NCBI GenBank assembly: GCA_026413865.1
Contig: JAOAKB010000003.1
Coordinates: forward strand, 32,480 to 96,479
DNA: 64,000 nucleotides
Source of the DNA: Nitrososphaeria archaeon
GTDB taxonomy: Archaea; Thermoproteota; Nitrososphaeria; JACIWG01
Direction of reading: 5' to 3'
The notes under the pieces were generated by a model. That model worked only from the letters and a program-made list of their open reading frames with translations, did not search any database and was not told where the DNA came from. A program made the translations under genes and the position numbers. Below are positions 28,436 to 38,899 of the stretch, one piece after another. Each line of letters begins with the position of its first letter. Positions within the stretch are counted from its first letter, which is position 1.

Positions 28436-30478
28436 TTGCTTGAATCTGTATCTGATTCAAAGATTAAAGATCTCTTCTTAGATTTTATTAAGGGCTGGTT
28501 AGACGATTATAAACAGCCAAAATATAGAATTCAATTAAATAATATAATTCAAAAAGGTGGAAACTCGCTTATTATAGATTATTCTGATCTCTCACGCTAT
28601 AATAGCGATCTTGCAGCTATGGCGACAAAAGACCCGAGATATTTAGAACTTTTTTCTAAAGCTGCATTAGATTTTTTAAAAGAAGAGGATCCAGAATACG
28701 CTAGAAAGGTTGAAAAGTTTTTCATAGTTAGGATAAGGAATCTTCCAGAAAAGTACCCTCTTAGAAAACTGGATGTGCACCTTTTAGGCAACTTAGTCGC
28801 TGTAACAGGTATAGTTGTAAGAGTTTCTGAAATAAAGCCCTATATAATTGAAGCTGCATGGGTTTGCCCAAATAATCATGTTACATCAATGCCACAGAGG
28901 GAACGTACTTTAAAAAAACCCTTAAAATGTAGAGAATGTGATGAAAAAGACATTTTTAAACTTGATGAACTAAAAAGTGCTTACGTAAATTTCCAGCTTT
29001 TAAGAATTCAAGAATTGCCGGAAGAACTCCCTCCCGGACAACTTCCTAGACAGTTAGAAATAAAATTGTATGGAGATATAGTTGATATAGCCCGACCTGG
29101 AGATAGAGTGACTGTCACAGGTATCCTTAGAGCTGAAGAAGAATATGGTGCAAGGGGAGGCCGCTCACGTACATTCAACGCATTTTTAGAAGGAAATTAT
29201 GTTGAAGTTCTAGGAAAAGGCCCTCAAGATATAATAATTGAAAAAGCTGACGAAATAAGGTTCAGAGAACTGGCTAAACGTCCTGACTGGATGAAAACAC
29301 TAATTAGCTCTTTTGCTCCATCAATATATGGGCATGACCTTCTAAAGGAAGCTATCTTACTCCTAATAGTTGGTGCTCCACAAGTTCCTTTGCCTGATGG
29401 AACTACCCTAAGAGGCGACATAAATATACTTATTGTTGGTGATCCAGGAACAGCAAAAAGTGAACTTTTAAAATACGCTGCCCGTTTAGCGCCTAGAGGT
29501 CTCTACACTTCTGGTAAAGGTACAACTGCAGCTGGCTTAACAGCTGCAGTCGTTAGAGAAAAAAGTGGTATGCTGATGCTTGAAGCAGGTGCTGTGGTCT
29601 TGGCTGATCAAGGTGTATGTGCAATAGACGAATTTGATAAAATGAGCAATACAGACAGGCAAGCTCTTCATGAAGCAATGGAACAGCAGACTGTATCTGT
29701 TGCAAAAGGAGGAATTGTGGTTACCTTGAATGCAAGAACTTCAATATTAGCCGCTGCTAATCCTCTGCTTGGAAAGTACGATCCATACAAAAATTTGACT
29801 GAAAATATTAATCTACCTTCACCTTTATTAACAAGATTTGACTTAATTTCCATAATAAGGGATGTTCCAGAGAGGTCTGCGGACGAACAGATTGCATCAC
29901 ATATAATGGCTCTTAGACGCTCACGTACTTTTGTGCAAAAGCCTCCACTTGACATTGATTTTCTAAGAAAATATCTTGTATATTGTAAAAATCTAACTCC
30001 ATCGATAACACCTGAAGCTGAAAAAATGTTGATTGACTTTTATCTTCAAATGCGCCTCCAGTCTGATACACAAGGCATTCCTGTTACACCTAGACAACTA
30101 GAATCGTTAATACGTCTAGCAATGGCGAGAGCAAGACTATTACTTAAAGATAAGGTTACTGAAGATGATGCAGCTGAAGCTATTACATTAACTAAGCATA
30201 TGCTTTACACTGTAGCAGTAGACAAAAAGACTGGGAAAATAGATATGGGTACAATAACTGGAATGCCAGTAAGTGAGAGAAGTAAGCTAGAGATCATTTT
30301 TCAAAAATATAAGGAATTAGCTGGCCCGTCAAATGAGCCTGTAGAATTAAATACATTAATAAAAGCCATTGTTGCAACTGGAAAATTCAATGAAGTAGAA
30401 GCCAAAACGTATTTTTCACAGCTAGAGAGTAAAGGTGTATTTTACATGGTAAAACCTGGCTACTACAAAAGGGCATAA
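28436..30478 (+). CDS. mcm: MCM replicative helicase (no intein)
   Basis: Zn finger, GDPGTAKS, IDEFDKM, AAANP, TPRQLE. Confidence 0.97.
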   Translation: MLESVSDSKIKDLFLDFIKGWLDDYKQPKYRIQLNNIIQKGGNSLIIDYSDLSRYNSDLAAMATKDPRYLELFSKAALDFLKEEDPEYARKVEKFFIVRIRNLPEKYPLRKLDVHLLGNLVAVTGIVVRVSEIKPYIIEAAWVCPNNHVTSMPQRERTLKKPLKCRECDEKDIFKLDELKSAYVNFQLLRIQELPEELPPGQLPRQLEIKLYGDIVDIARPGDRVTVTGILRAEEEYGARGGRSRTFNAFLEGNYVEVLGKGPQDIIIEKADEIRFRELAKRPDWMKTLISSFAPSIYGHDLLKEAILLLIVGAPQVPLPDGTTLRGDINILIVGDPGTAKSELLKYAARLAPRGLYTSGKGTTAAGLTAAVVREKSGMLMLEAGAVVLADQGVCAIDEFDKMSNTDRQALHEAMEQQTVSVAKGGIVVTLNARTSILAAANPLLGKYDPYKNLTENINLPSPLLTRFDLISIIRDVPERSADEQIASHIMALRRSRTFVQKPPLDIDFLRKYLVYCKNLTPSITPEAEKMLIDFYLQMRLQSDTQGIPVTPRQLESLIRLAMARARLLLKDKVTEDDAAEAITLTKHMLYTVAVDKKTGKIDMGTITGMPVSERSKLEIIFQKYKELAGPSNEPVELNTLIKAIVATGKFNEVEAKTYFSQLESKGVFYMVKPGYYKRA

Positions 30479-30480
30479 TC

Positions 30481-32643
30481 ATGAATGTTGATTCGCTACC
30501 ATTACCTGAGCAAGTAAAAATCCTATTAAAAAATTTAGGCTATCATACACTATATCCTCCACAGGAGGAAGCAGTTAAAAAAGGGGTTCTGAATGGAAAA
30601 AATGTTCTTTTAACCACTCCTACAGCAAGTGGCAAGACCCTTATTGCTTTAATGTGCGCTGCAAAAGCTGTACTTGAAAATAAAAAGGTAATATACCTTA
30701 CACCATTAAAGGCTCTTGCGAATGAAAAATATGAAGAATTTAAGTCACTCTCAATTTTATCAAAAACAGATGGGTCTAACCCGACTATTGCAATCTCAAC
30801 AGGAGACTATGACGTTAGAGATGACTACTTAAAAGAAAAAGATGTTCTAATACTAACTAATGAAAAATTTGATTCAATGATAAGACATGATCCTAGTTGG
30901 GTAGAAAGGATAGGGCTAGTAATATTTGATGAAATCCATTTACTTAATGACGATGATAGAGGTCCCGTTATTGAAATATTAATATCACATTTTCTCTCTC
31001 ATTCTATAAAGCCTCAGATCATTGCCTTAAGTGCAACTGTTTCAAACTATAAAGATATTGCCTCTTGGATTGGTGCAGAAACAGTTAATATTTCGTGGCG
31101 TCCAGTTAAATTGATTGAAGGTGTTTATCAAAATGGTCAAATATTTTTTTACGACGGTCAAAAGTTCGAAACATTAAGAAGTAACTACGGTCCAGCGATT
31201 GATGTTGCGTACACAATGTTAAAAGAAGGTGGCCAAGTATTAATCTTTTCCGACAACAGAAAAAATGCAGTTTCACTTGCAGAAAAGGCAACAGTTGTCT
31301 CATCAAAGTTTTTAAGTGTTTTAGAAGCTGAAAAGCTTAAAGAATTTTATGAAAAAATAATAGCCTCAGAAGAGTTAACTGGGATAGGGCAAAGGCTTGC
31401 TAACTGTGTATTAAAAGGCTCAGCATTCCACCACGCTGGGCTCTCTCATTCACATAGAACATTAATTGAAGAATCATTTAAGGAAGGGTATATCAAAATA
31501 TTATGTGCAACTCCAACATTAGCGGCTGGTGTTAATCTTCCTGCGAGAACAGTAGTAATAAACAGTCTTGCTCGTTATCATAGTGAATGTGGTCAAAGTG
31601 AAGATATAAGTGTTCTTGAATATAAGCAACTTTGTGGAAGGGCTGGTCGTCCGAAATATGATAATGTGGGCTATGCAATTACTGTATTAAGGTCAGGAGA
31701 TCCTAAAACATTTTTTGAGCATTATGTTAAAGGTTCACCTGAACCAATATACTCGAAACTCATCAATACTGAAACATTAAGGAATCATGTTCTTGCAACA
31801 ATAGTTAGATTTCCAGGCTTGACTGAAAAGGAATTGTACAATTTTTTTTCGAACACTCTACTTGGTTACCAGAGGCGCCCTCAGTTTGTTTTATCAAAAA
31901 TTAAATCATGTCTATCGTATCTTAAACTAAATGATTTGATAGAGGAAGAGGGTGAACGATATATTTCTACTGAATTCGGTAAAAATATCTCATTCCTTTA
32001 TATTTCTACTTCAACTGGAATCCATTATAAAACAATTTTCGAAGAATATAAAAATATTAAGAACAAAAATATAAACGACGAAGATCTCATACTTTTATCG
32101 GCTGTTTCCTCTGGGGATTTTCAACCAAAATTTTATCTTAGACATTCTGATTACTCAGAATTTAAGTCATTTATAGAAAATAATTTAATGTCAATCTTTA
32201 ACATATTTGCTAATCTAGACTTTAAATGCTTCGAATATGTGGGTAGAAGTTTTCTTTCATTAAAAAGTTGGATAAATGAGGAAACTGAAAACGAAATATA
32301 TGAAAAGTTTTCAATCGAACCGGGTGACCTTTATCGTCAGGTAGAATCGGCTCATTGGTTAGTGCACGCTTTCACAAAATTATCTAATTTATTTGGTATT
32401 AGAAGCCTTCAATCTGTATCTAGCTCGCTTGAAGAACGTTTACGTTATGGTGTTAAGAAAGAACTTCTAGAACTTACAAAGCTTGAAGGTATTGGGCGTG
32501 TAAGAGCTCGAATACTATTTTTTAATGGTTATAAGACAATAGACGACCTAAAGAAAGCAAAAGAACAAGATCTTGCAAAAATTCCAAAACTAGGTCCAAT
32601 TATAGCTAAGAAGATAAAGGAACAACTCAAATATTTTCCATAA
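30481..32643 (+). CDS. hel308: Hel308/Hjm Ski2-like DNA helicase
   Basis: PTASGKT, DEIH, LSAT, FHHAGL, TLAAGVNLPA, GRAGRP, RVRAR HhH. Confidence 0.93.
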   Translation: MNVDSLPLPEQVKILLKNLGYHTLYPPQEEAVKKGVLNGKNVLLTTPTASGKTLIALMCAAKAVLENKKVIYLTPLKALANEKYEEFKSLSILSKTDGSNPTIAISTGDYDVRDDYLKEKDVLILTNEKFDSMIRHDPSWVERIGLVIFDEIHLLNDDDRGPVIEILISHFLSHSIKPQIIALSATVSNYKDIASWIGAETVNISWRPVKLIEGVYQNGQIFFYDGQKFETLRSNYGPAIDVAYTMLKEGGQVLIFSDNRKNAVSLAEKATVVSSKFLSVLEAEKLKEFYEKIIASEELTGIGQRLANCVLKGSAFHHAGLSHSHRTLIEESFKEGYIKILCATPTLAAGVNLPARTVVINSLARYHSECGQSEDISVLEYKQLCGRAGRPKYDNVGYAITVLRSGDPKTFFEHYVKGSPEPIYSKLINTETLRNHVLATIVRFPGLTEKELYNFFSNTLLGYQRRPQFVLSKIKSCLSYLKLNDLIEEEGERYISTEFGKNISFLYISTSTGIHYKTIFEEYKNIKNKNINDEDLILLSAVSSGDFQPKFYLRHSDYSEFKSFIENNLMSIFNIFANLDFKCFEYVGRSFLSLKSWINEETENEIYEKFSIEPGDLYRQVESAHWLVHAFTKLSNLFGIRSLQSVSSSLEERLRYGVKKELLELTKLEGIGRVRARILFFNGYKTIDDLKKAKEQDLAKIPKLGPIIAKKIKEQLKYFP

Positions 32644-32676
32644 CACTTAAAGGTTTTAGAAGGCTATGCTCAATCT

Positions 32677-34038
32677 ATGTCCTACACTCCAGTACTTCCA
32701 ATAGACTCAGGCCGTTATGGAACAGATGAAGTTAAAAAGATATTTTCTGATGAATCTAGATTAAAGTACATGCTTATGGTTGAATCTGCTGTAGCAAAGG
32801 CTGAGGGTGTTCTAAAAATTATTCCAGAAGATGCTGCAATTGAAATATCTTCCAAATGTAATACGGATTTTGTTCCTTATAAATTGTGGAAAGACATTGA
32901 AAGGGTTACAAAGCATGAAACTGCCTCACTTGTTGAAGCAATTGTTTCTGTAGTTTCAGATAAAGCAAAGCCCTGGGTGCACTATGGTTTAACTAGTAAT
33001 GATGTACTAGATACTGCTCAATCTTTACAATTAAAGGATTATTTTGAAATAATTGAAGAAAAGCTTAAGAATATAATAAAAGTTTTAGGTTCTTTAGCGG
33101 AGAAATACGCTTCTCTTCCTTCTGTTGGACGAACACATGGTCAGCATGCCTCAATAATATCTTTTGGACAAAAGTTTGCAGTCTGGACTAATGATCTTCT
33201 AGATCACATTATTAGATTGTATGAAATTAAGCCAAGAGTTCTGGCATGTAAAACCTTAGGTGTAGTTGGTAGTGGTTCTATTTTAGGAAAAAGGGCGTTA
33301 GATGTTATGAACTTAGTAGGGTCGGAACTAAATCTTTATCCAGTTAAAGCTGCAACACAAGTGGTTTCAAGAGAAAATTATGCAGAATTTGTGTGGTGGT
33401 GTGCTCTTGTTGGCTCTACATTAGATAAGATTGCAACCGAATTTAGGAATCTTTCTAGAACAGAAATAAGTGAATTTGAGGAAGAATTTTCCAAGGATCA
33501 GATTGGAAGTTCAGCTGTTCCTTCAAAAAGAAATCCAATAATATGTGAAAAGATTTCGAGTCTTTCAAAACTTTTGCGTTCTATGCCTTTAGTTGCTCTC
33601 GAAAACATAGCGTTATGGCATGAAAGGGATTTAACAAATTCTGCAAATGAACGTTTCATAATACCAATTTCAGCTATTGTATTGGATGAGATGGTCGAAT
33701 CAATTCTTAGGGTGTTATCAAAAATGGTTATAAAAGAAGATAAAATCAGAGCCAATATTGAGTTTACAAAAGGTTTAGTGTACTCTGAATTCGTTCTCGA
33801 AGCTCTTATTAGGAAAGGTTTTTCAAGGTCTGAGGCGCACAAAATTCTAAGGGAACTTTCTAATAAGTCTAGAATTGAAGGCAAAGATTTTAAAGAAATT
33901 TTACTAACAGACCATATTGTCTCGAATTTTCTAAGCAAAGAAGAAATTGATCAAATTTTTACGCCTGAAACTCACATTGAGGGTTCTAAAGAAATAGTTA
34001 AAAGAACTTTAGAAAGGATCGCGAAGGAAATTGGCTAA
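32677..34038 (+). CDS. purB: Adenylosuccinate lyase
   Basis: HYGLTSNDV, GRTHGQHA, GSSAVPSKRNP, HERDL. Confidence 0.95.
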   Translation: MSYTPVLPIDSGRYGTDEVKKIFSDESRLKYMLMVESAVAKAEGVLKIIPEDAAIEISSKCNTDFVPYKLWKDIERVTKHETASLVEAIVSVVSDKAKPWVHYGLTSNDVLDTAQSLQLKDYFEIIEEKLKNIIKVLGSLAEKYASLPSVGRTHGQHASIISFGQKFAVWTNDLLDHIIRLYEIKPRVLACKTLGVVGSGSILGKRALDVMNLVGSELNLYPVKAATQVVSRENYAEFVWWCALVGSTLDKIATEFRNLSRTEISEFEEEFSKDQIGSSAVPSKRNPIICEKISSLSKLLRSMPLVALENIALWHERDLTNSANERFIIPISAIVLDEMVESILRVLSKMVIKEDKIRANIEFTKGLVYSEFVLEALIRKGFSRSEAHKILRELSNKSRIEGKDFKEILLTDHIVSNFLSKEEIDQIFTPETHIEGSKEIVKRTLERIAKEIG

Positions 34039-35341
34039 TAAAGCAATTAAAACTAACGGTTACCTAATTGTAAAAAGTGATAAAGATGCAAACAGTTTAA
34101 CTGAGTCCATAATCAAGCTGATGCGATACAGAAGGTATTCGAAAATTGTATCCAAAAAGATTTCAAAAGATTCTATTTTATCATATTTTTCTATAAATAG
34201 TCAAGAGCAAGAATCTAATATACTTATTCATGGACGGGTTTTCGATTTCTATAATAGTATTAAAAAGATACTAAATCTTTGTGAGAAAATTAAAACTGGT
34301 TCTGATCGTTTTTTCGCTCAAGATGTAGAAGGTGATTTTTCACTTACAGTGTTAGAAGATGATGAACTTCTTGCTTTCCGTTCTCCTACTTGTTCAAAAC
34401 CATTATACTTTTCTAGTAACAAAAACCATTTCATACTTTCATCTGACCCTTATCCTTTAAAATTTTACAATTTAGTGTATGAACCCATACCACCCGCATC
34501 ATTTTTCTACATTGATTTTTCAAAAAATATTTTTTTTCTCAAAAAATATTATGAATATAATTCTTTGAAAATTGTTGACTTGGATGATGCCCTAAATTTT
34601 CTAAATTCGGCTTTAAAGTATTCTATAGAAAAAAATCTTAATGGTATAAGTGAAGTTGCAATAGCTTTTTCTGGAGGAATTGATTCAACTCTACTAGCAA
34701 AATTAATCAGTGTTCGTGGTATAACACCACATTTAATAACCTTCTGCTTGAAAGACTCATACGATTACATTAACTCTGAGAAAGTGTCTTCACTTCTTTC
34801 TCTTGAACTAAAGAAGATAGATTTGACTAAAGAAGGTTTAGTTGAAAAAATTAGCTTTTTAAGTAAGATATTTGGAAAAGAAAATTTGATGAACTTATCT
34901 ATTGCGTTATTGTTGAATATGGTTGCAGAAAAAGCCTTAAATTCTGGTTTTCAAAATTTAGTAGTGGGCCAAGGTTCGGATGAACTCTTTGGTGGTTATA
35001 AAAGATATTTATCCTATGCTAGAGAAGGTTATAATGTTAACGAAATTTTAAGAAAAGATTTTGAAAAGCTACAATCTACTGATATTTCAAGAGATGATGT
35101 TTCCATATCAATGTATTGTGAGCCAATATTTCCATACATAAACAATAAGGTTGCGGAGGTTGCTTTATCTCTTCCTTTAAAATATAAAATTGATGTTGAA
35201 AAGAGTGAAAGAAAAATTATTTTACGCTTACTAGCTAAGGAACTTGGTCTACCTCCAGAAGTTTACAATATGCAGAAAAAGGCTATGCAGTATAGTAGTG
35301 GGATACAAAAGCTGGTATCAAAAATTATTTACTCATTATAA
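34031..35341 (+). CDS. Asparagine synthetase B-like amidotransferase (degenerate N-terminal glutaminase domain)
   Basis: AFSGGIDS, GQGSDELFGGY, KKAMQYSSG; no N-terminal Cys. Confidence 0.8.
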   Translation: MANKAIKTNGYLIVKSDKDANSLTESIIKLMRYRRYSKIVSKKISKDSILSYFSINSQEQESNILIHGRVFDFYNSIKKILNLCEKIKTGSDRFFAQDVEGDFSLTVLEDDELLAFRSPTCSKPLYFSSNKNHFILSSDPYPLKFYNLVYEPIPPASFFYIDFSKNIFFLKKYYEYNSLKIVDLDDALNFLNSALKYSIEKNLNGISEVAIAFSGGIDSTLLAKLISVRGITPHLITFCLKDSYDYINSEKVSSLLSLELKKIDLTKEGLVEKISFLSKIFGKENLMNLSIALLLNMVAEKALNSGFQNLVVGQGSDELFGGYKRYLSYAREGYNVNEILRKDFEKLQSTDISRDDVSISMYCEPIFPYINNKVAEVALSLPLKYKIDVEKSERKIILRLLAKELGLPPEVYNMQKKAMQYSSGIQKLVSKIIYSL

Positions 35342-35347
35342 AATTTA

Positions 35348-35920
35348 TTATATTCTCTTCCTTATACTATAGCGTGTTATAATTATTGTCCATAATGTTA
35401 TCAAAATTATGTTATATATTTCAAGTAGGGCTGTAGACGGCCATTCTATCAGCGCGCTGCCTAAAATTCCTGTTAGAAATATTGTTATTGAAAGGTTACC
35501 ATAACATTTTTCTCCATCTACGTAAAATGCTATTGCCATAAAAAAGATTGTAATCGCTACAAGTAGAAAAAATTCTAGCGAAACAAATCTATGTGGTGCG
35601 GTTCCCGAAGGAAAAATGGCTATCATTATTAAATGGGCTGCTGCTATTAGAGAAATTCCAGATGCTATTGCACTAATCCTATTTTTAGTAATCTTTTCTA
35701 GACTGCTAGAGTATATTCCAAAGACTATGCCAGTAAAAATAAGTCCACAATTGAAAATATAATTCGTTTTTAGGTTTTCTGCTCCCAAATCACTTAAAGC
35801 ATTTTCGTACAAGTTAAACCATGGGTTCGCTACTATGGCACAAATTATTGTAATCCATGCACTTATTAAAGCCAACGGTCCTAGAAAATAAGTTACTTTC
35901 ATGCAATTAATTATTTTCAA
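35348..35920 (-). CDS. DUF998 membrane protein
   Basis: NPWFNLYENALSDLG, FNCGLI; multiple TM helices. Confidence 0.8.
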   Translation of the reverse strand: MKIINCMKVTYFLGPLALISAWITIICAIVANPWFNLYENALSDLGAENLKTNYIFNCGLIFTGIVFGIYSSSLEKITKNRISAIASGISLIAAAHLIMIAIFPSGTAPHRFVSLEFFLLVAITIFFMAIAFYVDGEKCYGNLSITIFLTGILGSALIEWPSTALLEIYNIILITLWTIIITRYSIRKRI

Positions 35921-35987
35921 ATTCGCTTATATAATATTTGCGTTTTTTTCCAAAAGTATTTTAAAAGAAATTTTTTAAAGCATAAGC

Positions 35988-36563
35988 GTGAACTATATGT
36001 TTGATATTTTTCAGGCAATACTATTACTTTTAATTATTTTAGACCCATTCACTAATGCTCCATACTTTTTTATTCTAACTAAAGATTTTGATTCCAAATT
36101 ACGTTCTAAGATCATAAAAAAGAGTGTTATTGTAGCAACACTAATTTTGTTAACTTTTTCTGTTTTTGGTGATACCCTATTTTCATTGATGGGTGTCAGT
36201 GTTGAAGACTTTAAAATAGCTGGAGGTCTCGTTCTTCTCATATATTCCATTCTCGGTCTTCTTGAAATATCGATGATGCCAAAGCCTGAGGCTGACAAAA
36301 TAAGTATAGTTCCAATGGCAACACCCCTTCTTGCAGGACCGGGTGCAGTCACTGCAGTAATTTACATAAAATACACTTGGGGTTTAGGCATATCATTGGT
36401 TACCATATTTATATGTACTTCAATAACATTAGTTATACTCTTAAGTGGTGAAAGAATGCTAAAGTTGCTTGGAAAAAATGGTACAATAGTTTTGGACAAA
36501 GTTATGTCTATGTTGATTGCCGCATATGCAATATCGCTTATCCGTGAAGGGTTTATAGGGTGA
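35988..36563 (+). CDS. MarC family membrane protein
   Basis: ILDPF, FKIAGG, PMATPLLAGPG. Confidence 0.92.
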   Translation: MNYMFDIFQAILLLLIILDPFTNAPYFFILTKDFDSKLRSKIIKKSVIVATLILLTFSVFGDTLFSLMGVSVEDFKIAGGLVLLIYSILGLLEISMMPKPEADKISIVPMATPLLAGPGAVTAVIYIKYTWGLGISLVTIFICTSITLVILLSGERMLKLLGKNGTIVLDKVMSMLIAAYAISLIREGFIG

Positions 36564-37831
36564 TAACGATGATTAGGGTGTTTGATTCTGTACTAGTTGT
36601 TGCAGATGATTTTACAGGCGTCAATGATACTGTTGCACAGTTTGCTAAACTTGGTTTAAGGTCTGTTACCACATTAAGCTTGGACAAGGTTTGTAAGCTA
36701 CTTGATGAATACGATGTTGTCGGGATCACTACAGAAAGTAGGTCAGTGGATAAAGAAAAGTCTTATGCAATTTTATATAAGCTTGGTGAGAGGGTAAAAG
36801 AAAGTTTAAATAATAAGCTTGTCTACAAAAAGATTGATTCAACTCTAAGGGGTAATATTGTCTCTGAGATTGTTGGATTAATTGATGCCTTGAATCCTGA
36901 ATTAGTAATTTTTGCTCCAGCTTTCCCTAAACAAGGTCGTACAACAAAAGATGGTGTGCACTTAGTTAACGGTATACCCGTTGAAAAAACGTATTTTGGA
37001 AGAGATTTAAGAACGCCAGTCAAATCTTCATATATTCCATCATACTTTGAACCTATTTTTGGTCCATCTTATTATCATGTTAATTTAAATGAACTTAGGA
37101 ACAAAGATGTAAGAAAAAATCTTGAAGAATTTAAAATTTTATCTTTTGATGTAGAAGACGATCAGGACTTAAAAAGTATCGTAAATATAATATTCTCGTT
37201 AGAAAAGAAGAGGATAATATGGGTTGGCTCAGCGGGGCTCGCTGAACAACTTGCTTACAATACAATTATTGGATCTACTGTAGGTAAACCTATTCTTATG
37301 GCCGTTGGTTCTGTTAACGAGCTTGCAAAAATTCAGATTAAAGAATATGTTAAAGTTTTTCCAACCAAGCTTATACAAATTAAAATATCAGACTTAATAA
37401 AAAATTTTAAGCAAGAAGAGGATAGAGTGAAAAAAGAAGTTTGTCAAGCTCTAAATTTTTCTCAAGATATTATTCTTGCAACTTCATATTCTAAAGAGCA
37501 GATCGAAGAAGGTATAATGTTGGCTAAAGAGTTAGGTTTAGATGTTCCACAACTTGGTTCAATTTTAGCAGAAAAATTTGGCTTTCTTGTTCATTCAATT
37601 TTAGATTCTTTTAAATTTGAAAGCTTTTGCGGTCTTTACATGACTGGTGGTGATATTGCCGTATCAATAATAAAAAATCTGAAACTTGATTCATTTAAAA
37701 TTATAGGCGAAATTGAACCCGGTCTTCCTATTCTTAAATCAGAGGAGTTATTTATTGTTACTAAGGCTGGTGGATTTGGGGGTTTGGAAACGCTTATTAA
37801 AGTATCAACTAGACTAAAAAATGTGAAATAA
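36560..37831 (+). CDS. Four-carbon acid-sugar kinase (DUF1537, DtnK/DenK-like)
   Basis: ADDFTG, YKKIDSTLRGN, PAFPKQGR, TGGD, TKAGGFG. Confidence 0.92.
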   Translation: MITMIRVFDSVLVVADDFTGVNDTVAQFAKLGLRSVTTLSLDKVCKLLDEYDVVGITTESRSVDKEKSYAILYKLGERVKESLNNKLVYKKIDSTLRGNIVSEIVGLIDALNPELVIFAPAFPKQGRTTKDGVHLVNGIPVEKTYFGRDLRTPVKSSYIPSYFEPIFGPSYYHVNLNELRNKDVRKNLEEFKILSFDVEDDQDLKSIVNIIFSLEKKRIIWVGSAGLAEQLAYNTIIGSTVGKPILMAVGSVNELAKIQIKEYVKVFPTKLIQIKISDLIKNFKQEEDRVKKEVCQALNFSQDIILATSYSKEQIEEGIMLAKELGLDVPQLGSILAEKFGFLVHSILDSFKFESFCGLYMTGGDIAVSIIKNLKLDSFKIIGEIEPGLPILKSEELFIVTKAGGFGGLETLIKVSTRLKNVK

Positions 37832-37832
37832 G

Positions 37833-38849
37833 ATGTCCCCTCATAAGCCAATTATTGCAATAACAATGGGCGATCCAGCGGGTTCAGGACCAGAAATTGT
37901 ATTAAAAGCATTAAGAAATGAAGAGATTTCTAAAAAGGCGAATTTTGTAATATATGGTGATTTCAATGTTTTTAGAAGGGCTGCTGAAATTGTTAATGCT
38001 AAAGACTTAAAGCTTATAAAAATTAATGATATTTCACAATATACTGATGAACCATTTCATATAAACATATTTGATCTTAATAATGTTGACCTTACTAAAC
38101 TTGTTTATGGTAAGCCATCTGTGTTAGGTGGTAAGGCATCCTATGAATCTATTGTGGAGGCTGTAAAATCTGCTCTATCAAATAAGGTTCATGCAATTGT
38201 TACTGCACCAATAAGTAAAGAAAGTCTTAACATGGCTGGCTACAATTATCCTGGGCACACTGAACTTTTGGCAGACCTAACTTGTTCTAAAGATGTGAAG
38301 ATGATGCTTGTTGCGGGCTCATTTAGAGTAGTGCATGTGACAACACATGTTTCCCTTAGAAATGCTATCAATCTTATTAAAAGAGAAAATGTTTTAAAAA
38401 CTATAAAATTGGCTCATGAAAGTTTGATAGAGCTTTTTGGCTTAGAAGACCCAAAAATTGGTGTGTCAGGCTTAAATCCCCATGCTGGTGAAGGCGGCTT
38501 ATTTGGTGATGAAGAGATTAATGTAATAACTCCTGCAATTCAAGAAGCTGCATCACAAGGCATAAAAGTTTCAGGTCCATATCCACCTGACACAGTCTTT
38601 TACCGCGCATACTATAATAAGCAATTTGATTCAACTATAGCTATGTATCACGATCAAGGTCATATTGCAGTGAAAATGGTTGGGTTTATGGAAGGTGTTA
38701 ACTTAAGTCTCGGTCTTCCAATAATAAGGGTTTCGCCAGACCATGGAACTGTATGGGGTAAAGCAGGTAAGGGTACAGCGAGCGAAGGTGCAACTTTGGA
38801 AGCAATAAAGCTTGCAATTGAATTATCTTCTAAAAAGTTTAGGCTCTAA
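37833..38849 (+). CDS. pdxA: PdxA2-type 4-phospho-D-threonate/erythronate dehydrogenase
   Basis: MGDPAGSGPE, GHTE, LNPHAGE, MYHDQG, SPDHGT; adjacent to the DUF1537 kinase. Confidence 0.92.
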   Translation: MSPHKPIIAITMGDPAGSGPEIVLKALRNEEISKKANFVIYGDFNVFRRAAEIVNAKDLKLIKINDISQYTDEPFHINIFDLNNVDLTKLVYGKPSVLGGKASYESIVEAVKSALSNKVHAIVTAPISKESLNMAGYNYPGHTELLADLTCSKDVKMMLVAGSFRVVHVTTHVSLRNAINLIKRENVLKTIKLAHESLIELFGLEDPKIGVSGLNPHAGEGGLFGDEEINVITPAIQEAASQGIKVSGPYPPDTVFYRAYYNKQFDSTIAMYHDQGHIAVKMVGFMEGVNLSLGLPIIRVSPDHGTVWGKAGKGTASEGATLEAIKLAIELSSKKFRL

Positions 38850-38899
38850 AAATTTTCAGATAAAAAAATTTATTTTTTTCTATAAAAAATGTCTAGATA

